Assembly: GCF_001194135.2 (NCBI RefSeq)
Contig: NC_068984.1
Coordinates: forward strand, 57,476,642 to 57,540,641
Length of the DNA: 64,000 bases
Reading direction: 5' to 3'
Origin: Octopus bimaculoides
Lineage: Eukaryota
Shown: positions 37,571 to 51,144 of the stretch, in pieces
Layout: each line of letters opens with the position of its first letter
How positions within the stretch are numbered: position 1 is the first letter of the stretch
The notes under the pieces: model-generated
What the model was told of the DNA's origin: nothing
Seen by the model: only the letters and a program-made list of their open reading frames with translations
The model's database searches: none
Program-made: the position numbers and the translations under genes

Positions 37571-40500
37571 GAATATTCTGAATGTTACTCCTTTCATAGC
37601 AATATGTTTTCTATATACTACACAAACATTTTTCTATGCGGTAAGCAAAAATCAGGTGTCATTATTTGTTATTTTTCTTTAATCACATTTTATATTTTAA
37701 CAATTATTTATTTTCATTTTTATTTCTTCTCATTGCCCTTAAATATCAAACATGAAAGGTTCTTGACTGAATTAGAACACAACTGCTGATCTTATGGTGC
37801 TGATGAAGAGTTCACAAAAATAAGTAAACAACACAAGTTATTTTTGTGTGTGAACCTGTAAAAATACCTGTTTAATTGATAACAAATGGATTTTCTCTCC
37901 TCCTTTAAATCAATTTTTAATTTATTTTTCTTTCGATGTTTTATGAAAAACTTCTCTCTTCAATACCCCACCCCTTCAGGTATATTTATGAACATAACTA
38001 AGACATGTGCCTTGGCTATCTCTTCCAGTTAACAACTCAGCACAGATTATTATCATTATTCTTATTACTTATATAATTTATTCATTGGCTTGCTCCTCGC
38101 CTTGTGCCCATACGGTAGCGATTGCCGCCTTTCGCGAGCCTAGGGATTTAGAGCTTCCATCGAACGGAAAGCGAAGGGAGATAACTCTCCTACAGTGAGA
38201 ATTGGTCCCTTTTCTTTTTAATTTATATATAATTCTCGTTTAATTTCTGAGCTTCCGTTTCCTTATCTAGTTGTCTGTGATAGTTACTCTTAATACCAAA
38301 AGCATAGACGACAATTTAAAAATATTGTTTGAAGCATTGTTTCAAAAAAAAAAAGAAAATTGATTACCAATGCATTATAAAAACATATAATAGCCTATAA
38401 ACTATATTATTAAAATAATTAGAAGTTTGACATTTCGAGATTAAAATGCTTTAAACCTTTAATGTATAAGCTACATAATGCCATTGATAATAATTTAGAT
38501 TATTCTAGGATGTATTTATTGCAGACATTAAAGTAATAGGTTCTTTCTTGATTAACTGCATGCACAACCAGTTTCAACTTCTTAGCCCTTTAGCATTTAA
38601 AACTGTTTTATGTTCAAGCCAGGTAGATCTGGCCTTTCACACCTACCCTACAATGTCATTCTGAAAATAAAGAGTCACAAGCTACGTGATAATGCATGAT
38701 TAATTCAAAACTGTGTCAATAAATATTACAGTTGACAGGAATCCAAAATGGTTAAATGAAATTAAAGTGACTGAACTTAGAACATCATGTAGTGTTAAAC
38801 ATACTTTCTTTAAATGTTATATTACAATAATTCCTTGGAATTCTGAATGACTAAGAAAATGTCTGATTGAGCATTGCAGTAAAAAAAAAAAAAATTTTTA
38901 ATCATTGTTACCAGGCAAGCTTTCGTAGCATGTATTATTGCCATGCAGGCCACTTCATAATTTAGGTGTGATAATTAGAAGTGTCAACAAAGGGAAATTC
39001 TGTTGACAGAAATCCTTGGACACATCTAATGAATATATGTTTGCCAACTTTTCGTCTTGAGAAGTCTTACATCTATATTGCTTTCTAATGTAGGTACTGA
39101 TTGGTCCAAAATGTAATATACATTTATTTAATCTTACTTACCATCATGTAATATAAGCATAATACATTTTTAAAGATTTCTTGAATAAACTTAAATCATC
39201 AGGGATTCAATTTTTAAAATGTATCTTGCTGTCTGTCTTTTAAATGTTAAGAAAATTCATTTAACAGAGGGAAATAAATCTTAAAAACTTGCTTCACTAA
39301 AAGTGAACATCTTTCCAATTTGCAGTACTTTATTTTCTAGTCTAGTACAGAAATGCATATTACTACCTGTTCAGAAAAGTGATGCCTTTTCAAATCAGTT
39401 TTTATTGTATCTAAAGACAAAGAAAGAACCAGTTTCAGTATAGTTTGATAAACTTTCATATCATAGTATTTATTTGTCAAAACATTTTCTGAAATGCACT
39501 CATCAAAAAGCAAAAAAAATATTGCTTTGTCAACAAAATCATAGCTAATATATATTTTATTCTGCTTTTCTGGCACAAATTTACACCCCCTCCTATTTCA
39601 AAATCAGAATTAAAGCATAAAAAATCCCTTCACAATGAAGTGTAATTAAATTCCACAAAATTATTCCCTTGACAAATTTTATTAAATTTCAGATTCATGT
39701 AAATTTGAATGTTAGGTAGAAATGTAAAAACTTAATGTACAATATTATATAGTTGAACTAGTTTAAAATATGTTCGGCCCCATACCTAGGTAAATGCTTG
39801 TGAAATAATGTAATTTTTTGATAGGGGGAATGTTTTTTTTTTTTTTTTTGTTGTTTCTCTCATATTGTCATTGGCATATATGTCCTTTTTAAATACTATT
39901 TCTTCTAGTTCTTTGTCACTGTGGCTCAGGTTTGTGTTTCATAATTACAGCAAGTGATTATAAGTTTAGTACAAATTGATTATGAGGTAAAAAAAAAAAA
40001 AACTGAAATTTGTTCTGTGACTATATATAACTCAATATATTGTCTATCCAGTATGTCAATTAACAGGCTTGTCATGTTCAATTTGTGCTAAATATCCAGA
40101 ATGCCTCATTTTCCACAAATCACAAAGAATTCTTTTATTCTCCCCACTTCTCTCAAAATGGCCATGTGACTCAACCACCTATCAAATACTTTTTGTAAAA
40201 AAAAAAAATAAAATAAAAATAAATTCATGATCATCTATAACTATTTTGTGTTCTTAAAGTGAAATTTTTTTAAAAGTTAATTGGTAATAGTCATTTAATT
40301 TGTTTGTATAAAACTGGATATCTTTGATATAATTAAAAAGAAAATATTTAATATTTGGGTTTAAACATTGACAATTTTAACAGTGAATCACACATCATTC
40401 TGGACAGAACTGACAAGTTATTTGCTAGATAAGTTTTACTTTGTGTAGGCAGTACTTTAAGCTGTCAGTATTATTTTTTTTTTATTACCTAACTCTAAAA

Positions 40501-42250
40501 ACAAATGAGAACTAAAGATTGAAAAAAAGTTAATGGCATTTAATAGTTGTAAGACAGATCAGGATGAAATGAAAATTCAAAAAATTGAATAATTAAAAAA
40601 AAAAAAAAATTGCTCATTTTAGTCATGGCTGAAGTTGACCTGAAGGCTATTCTGCCTTTCAGTAAAAATTACTGGTTCTTAACTTTTCATACCTTTTTAA
40701 GAATAGTAATGGATATGCATTGAAATTGTGAGATCAACCTGTGAGATTATATATATTAACTGGGATACAGCAATGTATCTAGTACAATGTTCTTACCTTT
40801 GCATGAAATATCGCCTCATATCTTTTAGTATTAACCAATTGAGTTGTTGGAGTATTGCCAACATCCTCATCTTCATGTAAATAGTTCAAAATTTTTTTTA
40901 TTGTTGATAATAAGAAAAAAAGAAGCAATAGTTCAAGGGAGAATACACAGTTGTATTGGCTTTTCTAGGTCCAGAGAAGTGTGTGAGCTAAGAATTGCAA
41001 GCTGAAGAATATACAGTGCTTTTGCAACAGGACTCACAATAACTCTTCAGCTGGTAACAAGGCACTATCAATTTGGCTAGCTGCAATTTATGACATTAAA
41101 TTTAGTTATTGCTCTCTAAATGTATCAAATGAACTTTACACTCCTCTTCTAATAGATAAAATAAAATTTTATGACCTACTTGATAGTTGGTCATGAAGTT
41201 GTTTTATTTAGCAGTTTATGATTTTGTATCCTATTGCAGGTGAGTTCATCATTAATCATTGTCACTAGGAAACAATTCTATTTGCTTCAGCACAACGTAG
41301 TTGATTTAAGGGTGACAAACTTTTGAGAAATCTAAGCCTATAATAGCATACTATCCAAAGGATGATGTACCTCATTTCCTTAATACTACAGCAGAATTAA
41401 TGTAAGTTCTATCGACTCCTGTGGTTTCTGAAGGTGTTGTCCACTGGATTTAAATAAATACCATAAGCCACAAAAAAAAAAAAAATTTAGTCTACTCTTG
41501 GAACATTATAGCAGATCTTATGACATGAAAGATTAGACAAAACAAACAGTACAAAATGTATGTTATTTATTATCATTTATCAACCCCATCATCTTACATA
41601 TTTTTTTACACATTGTTTCAATCTTTTATACCACTTTCAAATCAAAGGCAGAATTCATGTCTTTTTTGTGTGCAATTCTGAGTTATTTAAAGGGAAATAA
41701 TAAAACTTTAGAATTCCATCAACTAAATTTATGATAACCTCAAGGTTAAACTTGATTTATTTTATTCTGTATGTATGTTATTTATTTGACAAAATCATCA
41801 GATATATAACAATCTGGTCAAAACATTGTGGAAACATCAAAGATGTTGAATAATCAAATATTATCTATTTTAGACAAATTTTTGTTTTACATCATTGTGC
41901 TTCTACTTTGAAATATAAGTCTAATTCCCTATTTCCCCTGCCTCCAAAATCTCCACAGCACTATAACAACTGCTACTGCTACTATTATTAACACCTGTTA
42001 TATAAAATGGCAGCAGCAACTACTTTCATGGCAAACAAGATGGTGATAATGTACAGATTTGTTTTTATGAAAATAGGAAATATAAAAAATATAAATCTTG
42101 TTTTGTTGTTATTCTGTTAATCAGATTCGTTTACAGGTGCATGTAATCAACAAAGATGACAATGTTTTCAGGTACACAATCAGCACATAAGCCAGAGTTA
42201 AAACCTTGGACCTGAGCTGAATATTCAAGACCCATTTTCATAGCATAAGT

Positions 42251-42352
42251 TCATGTCTGGCTCAATTTAATATGTTCTAAGCACAATTTTAATCTTTTCA
42301 CAGTTTGCTTTTGACCAAGAAGAGAAATCATTTCTACAACACCAGGCCCTTC
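42251..42352 (-). CDS. EARS2: EARS2 terminal coding exon
   Basis: tttttcag|GAA...ACA TGA; 102 nt; EGPGVVEMISLLGQKQTVKRLKLCLEHIKLSQT* (GPxVxEMxxxLG motif). Confidence 0.93.
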   Translation of the reverse strand, partial: EGPGVVEMISLLGQKQTVKRLKLCLEHIKLSQT

Positions 42353-44137
42353 CTGAAAAAAAGTTTTTACTTTTTAATAATTAGGATATACATACAAATG
42401 AACACATGCAAATATATTTAATATTACTAGAAAATTAGTCCCCTCAAAAATGACTGGCATTTAATGAATGTATTGAAATATTTGATATAGACTTGTAAGA
42501 ATAATTAAATCAGAAGAGAAGGGAGGAGGAAGTTTTGTATAAATTGTCTTAATTTTTTATTGAAATTAAAGCAATAAAAACTTTTAAATAGTTGAATACT
42601 TCTCCATCTTACTGGTGAATTTGCACCATAAAAAGGGACACACATAGTAAAAGTTGATCATATTCATGACTTATACCAAGTAATGTAGAAAAAGTTTGCA
42701 GAGATTATTGCCCTCGGCTCATATGTGAATGATATTGTTCACAAAATCCTTCATTAAATTTATCACTTAACTATATATGTGTATTTGAAATTTTGGTTGA
42801 TTGACTTTTGCAACTTAAGTCTCAAAGATACTAGAACTGAAGAGGGAAAATTTTTCAAATTTTATTGTTACATCTTGATCTATGACATCATTTGCTTGTC
42901 TTTTGTCTCCCTTCCTCCTATACTTTAGTGGGTCAGAAGAGAAATACATTTACAAATAAATACATAACAGTTTATTACAGTATATTCTGCTATAATCCAA
43001 GCATTAATGTTTTAGGCATACTGTTAACTAGAACAGAACTGAAGACAACCTATTGTGTGTAAAACAGGATAGTTGGCTGAGAGAAGCTATGGAAGGAAAT
43101 CATTGGCAAATTCTATTATAGACAAAACATATTGTTAGACAATTGATATTTTGGAATTATATTTGTCTAGTTAGAGGCTTGATCTGAGACACTTTGTTGA
43201 AACTGATGCCAGCTACATTATGAAATAGCAATTTAATAACACACAAAGCTGTTAAATTGACTTTAAAATTATTTCATGCGATGTCTAAATTTTCGTCACA
43301 GCTTCAGTTTGGTTGACACAGTTCCACTGGTTCTTACATGCATATGTGTGTATTTTTATAATCTGCAGTTCAGTAAGGCAGCTACTATACTTCATTTGCT
43401 AAAACTGGGTTCAAATCCTGTGATATGAAAATAAGGATGTGAAATGTATTAAGATTTGTTAAAGTATTACTAACATAGTAATACAAAAGCAGAATAATTT
43501 TATAGGCCTTCAATTTCATAGTCGAAACCATTTAAAACACTTTCTATATACAGTACTTTTTCCAAAATATTATCAATCATTTTATTCATGGACTGTAGTT
43601 ATTTCTATAGTGTGTTCACTTCTTGATATCAAGATAAAAATAACAGCTAAAGATGTCAAGTATATGACAAGAACTGCATTTTCAATTATGTAAAGTTCTC
43701 TTAGATAACTTTACATCATCTTCAATGTCAAATGCTTCAGAAAAAATACATTTTCATGATCACAGTTTTCAAAACGTAACCTTAGAATTTCCATGGATAA
43801 TATCAACATAAATAAAATATACAAAAGTCTAAGCAATGCTGGATCAACTAAATGATGATACTAATTAAGCTAGAAAGCTTGGAAATTTCAGAGAAGTCGA
43901 TTGTTTTGACTTCATAAACACAATCAAATAATGGCTGTCTAAATGTTAGCTTCCTGGAATTTTATTTTTAAACTGTTGAAGAACTTGAAGAGAACCAAGA
44001 CAAATGTCCAAGGTAAAAATGCTATTTTGTATCATTATATTAACCATACTTCAAAAAAATTCTAAGAGATATGATCCCACTGTACATTATATATTCCATA
44101 TAAATATATTTACATTATTTATAAATGGAACACTTAC

Positions 44138-44401
44138 CTTTCTACCACTAATAGAATATCGCAGCAGATGCATGTAAGTTTTAAATTTCAGCTGTAATTC
44201 TATTACATGGTTATGAAGTAATTTTGAAATGGTTTCTGGTTTGAAGTGATTATCAGTCTCTAGTAGTTCAATTGTTGATTCTAACACTTGTTGGCAATTA
44301 CACGAGAAAGAAGACAGATTCTTTATATCATCAAAAGAAGGTGGAACCCAAATGAATTTGAATTCTGGTAAGAGTAAATCCTCAATTCTATTGATTCTCA
44401 C
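44138..44401 (-). CDS. EARS2: EARS2 exon (anticodon-binding domain)
   Basis: ttcttag|GTG...AAG|gtaagt; 264 nt; VRINRIEDLLLPEFKFIWVPPS...KFKTYMHLLRYSISGRK. The 'M' in the ORF track is an internal GTG (Val). Confidence 0.92.
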
Positions 44402-44733
44402 CTAAGAAGAAACAAAATGAATCTTTATTGCAAGTCCAAATTTTGCATCATGTCATAATGCATGTAATTCAATGTCAAGAAACAAACCCATATTACTTAT
44501 GAACAATATGCAACTAAAATCAGTTTTTGCACAATATACTGCTGATTTTTTTACCCCTTGCCAAGAGAAGCTCCACCCATTTGACATCCAACTCTTCCAC
44601 TTTGTACCCACTCAACAAATCATCTTTCAGGCTCTCATTCACAAATAGTTGCCAAGTACAACCTCCCCTCCCCACTTACTACAGCTCCAACTAATCTCCT
44701 CAATGCTTTTCAAGATTTTTATAATGTAAATTT

Positions 44734-44766
<33 letters not shown>

Positions 44767-45779
44767 CATATATATATCATCATCATCAAGACCATTTTAC
44801 ATCTCTTCCATACAAGGATAAGACCTAACAAGTTAGAAGTCTTCCAAATGCCAACCACTTTCCAGAATTTACTGAATGCTTTTTTCCCTCAGACTGGCAT
44901 TAGTGAGGTTGCCAAGTAAAATGCAAGACAAAGAAAATAGAAAAATTCCCTTCAACCGGGTTGGGTTGTAGCAGAGGTGACGAAGTAGCTTTATACCAGG
45001 TGTTGAGAAGCTAAAGTATGACCAGAAATAAGCACAAGAGTCTTACTAAATAAGAGGTACATGGGCACTCCACATAAGAGTGGGTGGGAATAATTGGAAG
45101 GAGATAAAGATGGTGACAAAGTATCAGAGCATACTCTCAAAGTGCAAGAAGGTAAATATAAAAGAGAATATGACCGAGGATCAAGAAAGGAAGGTGGATA
45201 ACTTCATAAGAGTGTGAGAGGAGAGTGACAGATGGCTGGATGTGGGGGTACAAGTGAATGAGGTAAAGGGTGGAGATATGGTCAATGGTAAATATCAGTA
45301 TGGTGGGGAGAAGGTAAAAGAAATAGCTCAGGATAGAGGAGGTGGTAAGTGGAAGTACAGGAAGTGGGGAGAGCAGCAGGATAATAAACTTTACATAGAG
45401 CAAGAAGTGGGAAAATGATGTGTCGGGTGGGAGAGACAGAGATATGTAGTTGTGGTTCTGATGAGTAGCAGAGAAAGATGGAGGGACATTGAGAGTAGAT
45501 AAGAGAGGGTGTTCAAAATGTACTTTATAAGAATGTACACTGTTATTTAAGGGATATTTGGATGTTATTTCTAGCTGGTCAAATGACCACATCAAGTTTT
45601 TAAGGTATCACTTGACCAGCTAAAAATAGCACCCAAGCCCCCATCAAATTAAAGGACATATTGCCTAATGTTGTTCAGGGTACACTCGCTGTAAAAAAGA
45701 AAAGAAGTCTCAGATTCAACACCTAAATCTGCTCAATTAGGGCTGATGTGGGACGAAACAACATCATCAAAAAGTTTAA

Positions 45780-46001
45780 GATCTTTCTGAATTGATGGGC
45801 ACCACTTGTATTCTTAAAGAAACACTTTCAAACTTGGAATACTGGTAGAATGACGTCAGTGATTGATTGAAATTACCGAAATACGACAATTTTTTACATG
45901 AAAACTTCAAATACAAAAATACGAAGTTTGAAAGTGTTCTGGTACCAAAAACTCTACATAAAACATAAATGAAAAGTGGTGCCCGTCAATTCAGAAAGAT
46001 C
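45780..46001. repeat. Inverted-repeat element; family shared with 62637-62830
   Basis: 28-bp inverted repeats 45780-45807 / 45974-46001 (27/28); the interior (gacgtcagtgatt...ggtaccaaaaac.ctacataaaacataaatgaaaa.tggtgccc) recurs at 62637-62830. Confidence 0.75.
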
Positions 46002-46166
46002 CAAAGTTTATATGTAAATTAACTTATAAGAACAATGTAATTTAATGAATTAATAGAATTGTTATTGTATATTGCGAACTGGGTTTTAAAATTGATGAGT
46101 TTTGCAAAAAGTGTTGAAAATATTTGATTGAAAAGATGAGGAAATGAAAAAAAAAAAATTACAAAC

Positions 46167-46233
46167 TTTGGCCCAGTCGACAACTGCTTCTAGATACTGT
46201 TGCAAAGATCTTTCATCATTGTTCTCAATAAAT
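46167..46233 (-). CDS. EARS2: EARS2 exon
   Basis: ttttatag|A TTT...AAA|gtttgt; 67 nt, phase 2/0; FIENNDERSLQQYLEAVVDWAK. Low sequence conservation but restores phase exactly. Confidence 0.78.
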
Positions 46234-46674
46234 CTATAAAATAAACACATAAAATATTGAAAATGACAAACTTAGATGTAATTATGAGACTAACATGTAG
46301 TGTAATACGCTGTCAAGGGAGCCTCAATATGATCATTCAATATGCTGGAAATAGCAACCAAATCTCTCTCAAAATACATCTTACCATCTTTCAAGAAAAA
46401 TGGAAGGACATAGAGATTGATTGAGTGACCTGAAGCTAAACAACAACTAACAAAATCATTTCAAGAGAGAATTGTCTCTCACACATACAGTAACAAGTAA
46501 GTTCTTAAAGACATACCATTTTCCCTGTAGAAAAATCATTACTTTAGTTTCAATGTTATTCTTAGACATAAACTTTGAATTTTTTAAATCAACAGATATA
46601 AAAACCAAAATTACATTATACATAAAACACTGCATTTAGATTTTCATCAATATTGGCATAAGAAAAAAACTTAC

Positions 46675-46832
46675 TTGCTTCCATATTTCTCACTGACAAG
46701 TTTCAAAACTTGCTGTAAAATTTCATGGCGCTCATTTCCTTGGATTTTCTGAATTAGTGTCTCATGGTTAAATCTATCAATTTTATCAAATTCTAGTCGA
46801 CCAGGAGTTTTCTTCAGTCTTTCTAAAGAAAA
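46675..46832 (-). CDS. EARS2: EARS2 exon
   Basis: tttacgatag|TTT...AGC AA|gtaagt; 158 nt, phase 0/2; FSLERLKKTPGRLEFDKIDRFNHETLIQKIQGNERHEILQQVLKLVSEKYGS(K). Confidence 0.88.
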
Positions 46833-48686
46833 CTATCGTAAATAAAAAATTAAATATCAGCAAGAGCTTAAAAGTTCTTAACTTATTCTGAATCAAATGT
46901 TAGATACTAAATAAAAGACATTGGTTTCATTACAATAAACATTAACAAAAATCAGTTGGGAAATCCAGATAAATAATCTTAGCTTAACTAAAAATTTTGC
47001 TTTCTCTTGTGTAACATTCAATTGAATATGATTGTATGAAACAGGAGTTAATGTTTTATATATAAAACCCTTTACAAAGTAAAATTAAGTATATAATTGT
47101 CAAGAAAGCTGAAGGTGTCTTAGCATCACTGAGTAAGACCTTTGTCAGCTGTTCTCCAGGTATTTATTGAACTCTTAAGCATTCAGATTACTCAGTCAAA
47201 TGTAATGCTTATTTATGTTACATTTTTTTAAAATTAATTGTGCATTTATCTTGTAGCTTCAAGATTTCAATAATGTGATTGTTTACTTTTAAAATGACAT
47301 TGTAGGAGAGGTGAAAAACAGATAGAATATTGATTACATCAACTGGAGTTGATGTAATCAACTAGTCCCCACCCCAAAAATTGCAGGCTTTGTACCTTTA
47401 GTAGAAAAGATTGTTATTATTATTATTAAAAATTTGGTTGGCAGGGTGGGATTTTGTTTTTAAAGAAACAGAATCCCTCCTCCCAACTTTTGGAATACGC
47501 ACACCTGCTTGAGTAAAATTTAATGTTATTTACAGGAGAAAACAACAGGTATTCTGTAAAAAACTAATGTGTCTTGAGAAAAAGATTATATAGTAAATAT
47601 TTTGAATTTATTGATGAAAGGTGTAGAATGACAACTATAATTCAACAGGTTTTAGACACAACAAACGTCAGTTTCATGTAGAGTATTGAGTTTTTGAGAG
47701 CCTCTCCAAGCTACACCAGTTGAAGTTGAACTTGGCACTATAAGCTATCAAAACACTTATTAACTATGTTGTGCTGCAGCATACAGCAATGAATCGCACC
47801 ATTCTGCAAGCACCTACTTATTTATACTCAGGAAAAGTAAGCCAATGTTCATATTGATGACAGGACTAACTGTCCAACATTTCATCAACTCAGCCACTTC
47901 TTTTTTTGATAATAAAATTGCTTATAATTCCATTTCACTTTGTATAAGTAGACATAACCACACCACAAGAAAGTTTCATTCTCAATTCCTTTCAAGTGCA
48001 AACTATGATTTGGGTTATTACAATTATAATTAGTAATTATTCTATTTAGATGAAATTAACAACACAGTTTACACATGCACACAAACACTCTTATTCAATG
48101 TGGCCTAGTAGTTAAAGCATTGGGTCTATGATCATAAGATCAATTCATGGACAAGGTGGCACATTGTGTTTTTGAGCAATGCACTTCATTTCACATTGTT
48201 GCGGTCTGTGCAGCATAGTACTGCTGCAGCTGTTTCACCTTCCAGCTGTCACATCCTGGATGTTTCACTGGGTCATGGTTGACTCACCAACCATACAGGG
48301 TATAAGACAACCCCATTAGTGTCAGAGCCACTATAAATTCACCCAGGATATTCTGTAAAGTAATTAGTGAGCAAGCTGGGTCATGGGGCTGACAGAACTG
48401 TTTAGTCTTGTTGAGAACATGACAACTTCTCTTATGTTAGTGCTACCATAAAATGCACCCAGTGTAGAAACCTTTAGGAAGAGTATTCAACCACTGAAAC
48501 TAAGCCAAAAAAGTGTATGAGTGAGATATGGTTCTCCTACTCATTCATAAGAGAAGCAACTCTAAATAAAAATTGACTTGGACTATGACAATCTATTCAA
48601 CCCATACCAGCAGGGAAATGATGAGGCTGATTATTGAAATGAGAGAGATTAAAGTTATAGCAAAATAAATAGAAACTGGAAGTGAC

Positions 48687-48794
48687 CTTGCTGATTAAAT
48701 CCTCAAAAGACATTCCTGCAGTCTGATCAGTTCCAAATCCCCCACCAACATGGCAGATGAAATTAAGGATACTCTCTGGGTAATATCCTTGATC
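48687..48794 (-). CDS. EARS2: EARS2 exon
   Basis: attttcag|GAT...AAG|gtcact (weak donor); 108 nt; DQGYYPESILNFICHVGGGFGTDQTAGMSFEDLISK. Confidence 0.9.
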
Positions 48795-49044
48795 CTGAAA
48801 ATAAAATCACATTAATTAGTGGAATGAAAATTTCGAAATATTTTTTTTTTTAATTAAGAAATTCGTCCATGACTGGAATACTCTATTCTTCACACAATCT
48901 TTTATAGGAATTAACAAATTCTGATGTTATTATGTTGAACATGAGTACCAGTTTTTGATGTCATTGAGTAGTCTTAATTAAGTTTATTTAAGTTGACCCA
49001 TACAAAAAGAAAGCTGCTTGAATACTTGAGAGCATATATATATA

Positions 49045-49265
49045 TGTAAATAATATGTGACAATTATTCGGTAGCCATGATAAAACTCCGAATTTTGGAT
49101 ACCAGGGCTGAAACCCACGCCACCATCTCTTCAGTTATCTGGCCATCGAAGAATAGCATTCTTTGATGGCCAGATAATTGAAGAGATGGCAGCGTGGGTT
49201 TCCGCCCTGGCATCCGAAACTCAGAGTTTTATCATGGCTACCGAATAATTGTCACATTATTTACA
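49045..49265. repeat. Long near-perfect palindrome (foldback; ~110-bp arms, 3-nt loop AGC at 49155-49157)
   Basis: Arms are reverse complements with about 10 differences, mostly transitions. Confidence 0.92.
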
Positions 49266-49879
49266 GATAAATTCCTCTATTTACATAATATTGAGGTCTC
49301 TTTCTTTCTTTTGTTGTCTTACCTTTTCTATCAATATATATATATTCAGCACCCTGGTTATGCTAGATTAGTTGACTAACACTATATATGAACAGAACAT
49401 AGCATTAAGCAGGTGATCACTATTAGATACCAGCTGCAAGATGGTAGAATAACAAGAAACAACAGAGTCCCTTGTAGTATTTAGTTCTGTCTCTGTACAT
49501 GCTAAATTTATCTTCCACCAAGGACAACTTTCACTGTCATCCCCCTGAGGGTAAATACAGCACTTAAACACTTGTCTCTCTAAGAAATAATTATTCTCCA
49601 CCTAGATACAATAAAGTCTATCTTCCCATAAACTTTGAGATGAAAATATACAAAAGCTGAAACAATATATCAGTTCAACTTCAAAATAAAAGGTAGAATC
49701 ATAAAGTTCACAAAAATAAATATCGATACTGATGATGACAGCAACAATAATGATGAAGAAAATACATAGAAAGGCAAAAAAACTCAATCATTTAATGTTT
49801 TTATTAACAATTAAATACATTGAACAATCCTGTTGTTTTGCTTTCAAATCTATTTTCCTCAGCAGGTTGAAAAGCTTTT

Positions 49880-50315
49880 CCAAATATGGACTATTTCATT
49901 ATGAATGATCGCCAACATCTGGCAACTAACTTGATAGACACCTACAAGATTATCCACCATCATTCCAACAACAACTTTAGGTACCTTTTTGAAATCCATG
50001 CCTAACACTCATGAGCATGCTTACAAAATTAAACACAGCACCCATGACTTTCAGAGACATTTTTCCACAATCTGTTGAATAAACTACCTACATCAGTTGT
50101 TAGCTGTCAGGACACTACTTCTTCAAAGCTTACATAGTTCTTGAAATTCGCCAACAACACACCTGTCTCCAACCCCTGTTAATGACTCATTCACTGTTCA
50201 TTTCCTGTGTATTATTCTACATATTGTTCATGTATTTTTGGCTGCTTTCTCTGATGAGCTATAGTGTGCCTGAGCATTGCATACAATAAGTTCATTATTA
50301 TTATTATTATTATTA
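49880..50315 (+). mobile_element. CR1/L2-type LINE 3' end, decayed
   Basis: LIDTYKIIH...HAYKIK...NKLP.SVVSC remnants ending in (TTA)n. Confidence 0.65.
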
Positions 50316-50501
50316 TAAATGGATATCTTATTTAAAACTCTAAACTATTTAACTGTCAGTATTGAGATGACACCACTACATGTCTCCCTGAATTTTAGTG
50401 ATTATCTGTTGCTCTCCAATTGAGTAAAGTGAAATAAATAGAATAATGTACAAAAAATGTTCATTTGGTTCTTTCAGAAACAAAACAAGAAACAAACTTA
50501 C

Positions 50502-50556
50502 TTTAAAGTGTTCTACATGAATGTCTCTTTGTCTCTTTGATAATTTGGCACCATCT
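50502..50556 (-). CDS. EARS2: EARS2 exon (KMSKS-like motif KLSKR)
   Basis: attgtag|A GAT...AAA|gtaagt; 55 nt, phase 2/0; DGAKLSKRQRDIHVEHFK. Confidence 0.95.
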
Positions 50557-51144
50557 CTACAATATAATAAACAGATAAATCAATAGTGAAAGATTTCACT
50601 GAGGCATAACCAAAGGATTGTTCAGCACTAACTTATGTTATTGCCTTTCCCGTGGATGAATTATTTATTCTAATCATTGATGAGTCATTGAATTTCTAAA
50701 CTGTTCTATATTCTTGTGTTAATTACTTATAGAAAGGCCATATAAATCCAATGAACCCAGTCCATGGTAGAAAAGGCATCCAGTTGCAGTATCAGGATAT
50801 ATAAATATGTAGTCAAAAACAAACCCCTTCCTTCTATTCATGCTCCCTAACAAATTAAGTCAAAACTAACAATGTCTCTTAAAGGTGATCACTTCTCTCT
50901 GTGTGATTGTTTAATCTGTCTGTTTGTCTGTCTATATTTCTTTCTATCTTTCTCATTCTCTGTACACACACACACACATATGCATGTCTGATGAACAGTG
51001 TTCTTTTAGATATGTATTAAAAGCATGACTGTGTTAAAGTTTTATCTTTCTTTATCAAGATTTTCTTTATATTTGTATGAGTTCCATGATGCGATTTAGA
51101 ACAGGTGCATCTTACATACAGGCAACTCATCCAATAGGGCAGTA

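Noticed and set aside
45137-45595. 152-aa minus-strand ORF
   Set aside because: It arises from a GA-rich low-complexity strand (Leu/Ser/Pro-rich), with no splice or homology support.
49368-49601. 77-aa Cys-containing ORF inside an EARS2 intron
   Set aside because: Not GluRS-like and not needed; the flanking EARS2 exons join in phase without it.
50245-50295. CTGATGAG as a hammerhead ribozyme core
   Set aside because: No matching GAAA and stems; it belongs to the CR1-like 3' UTR.
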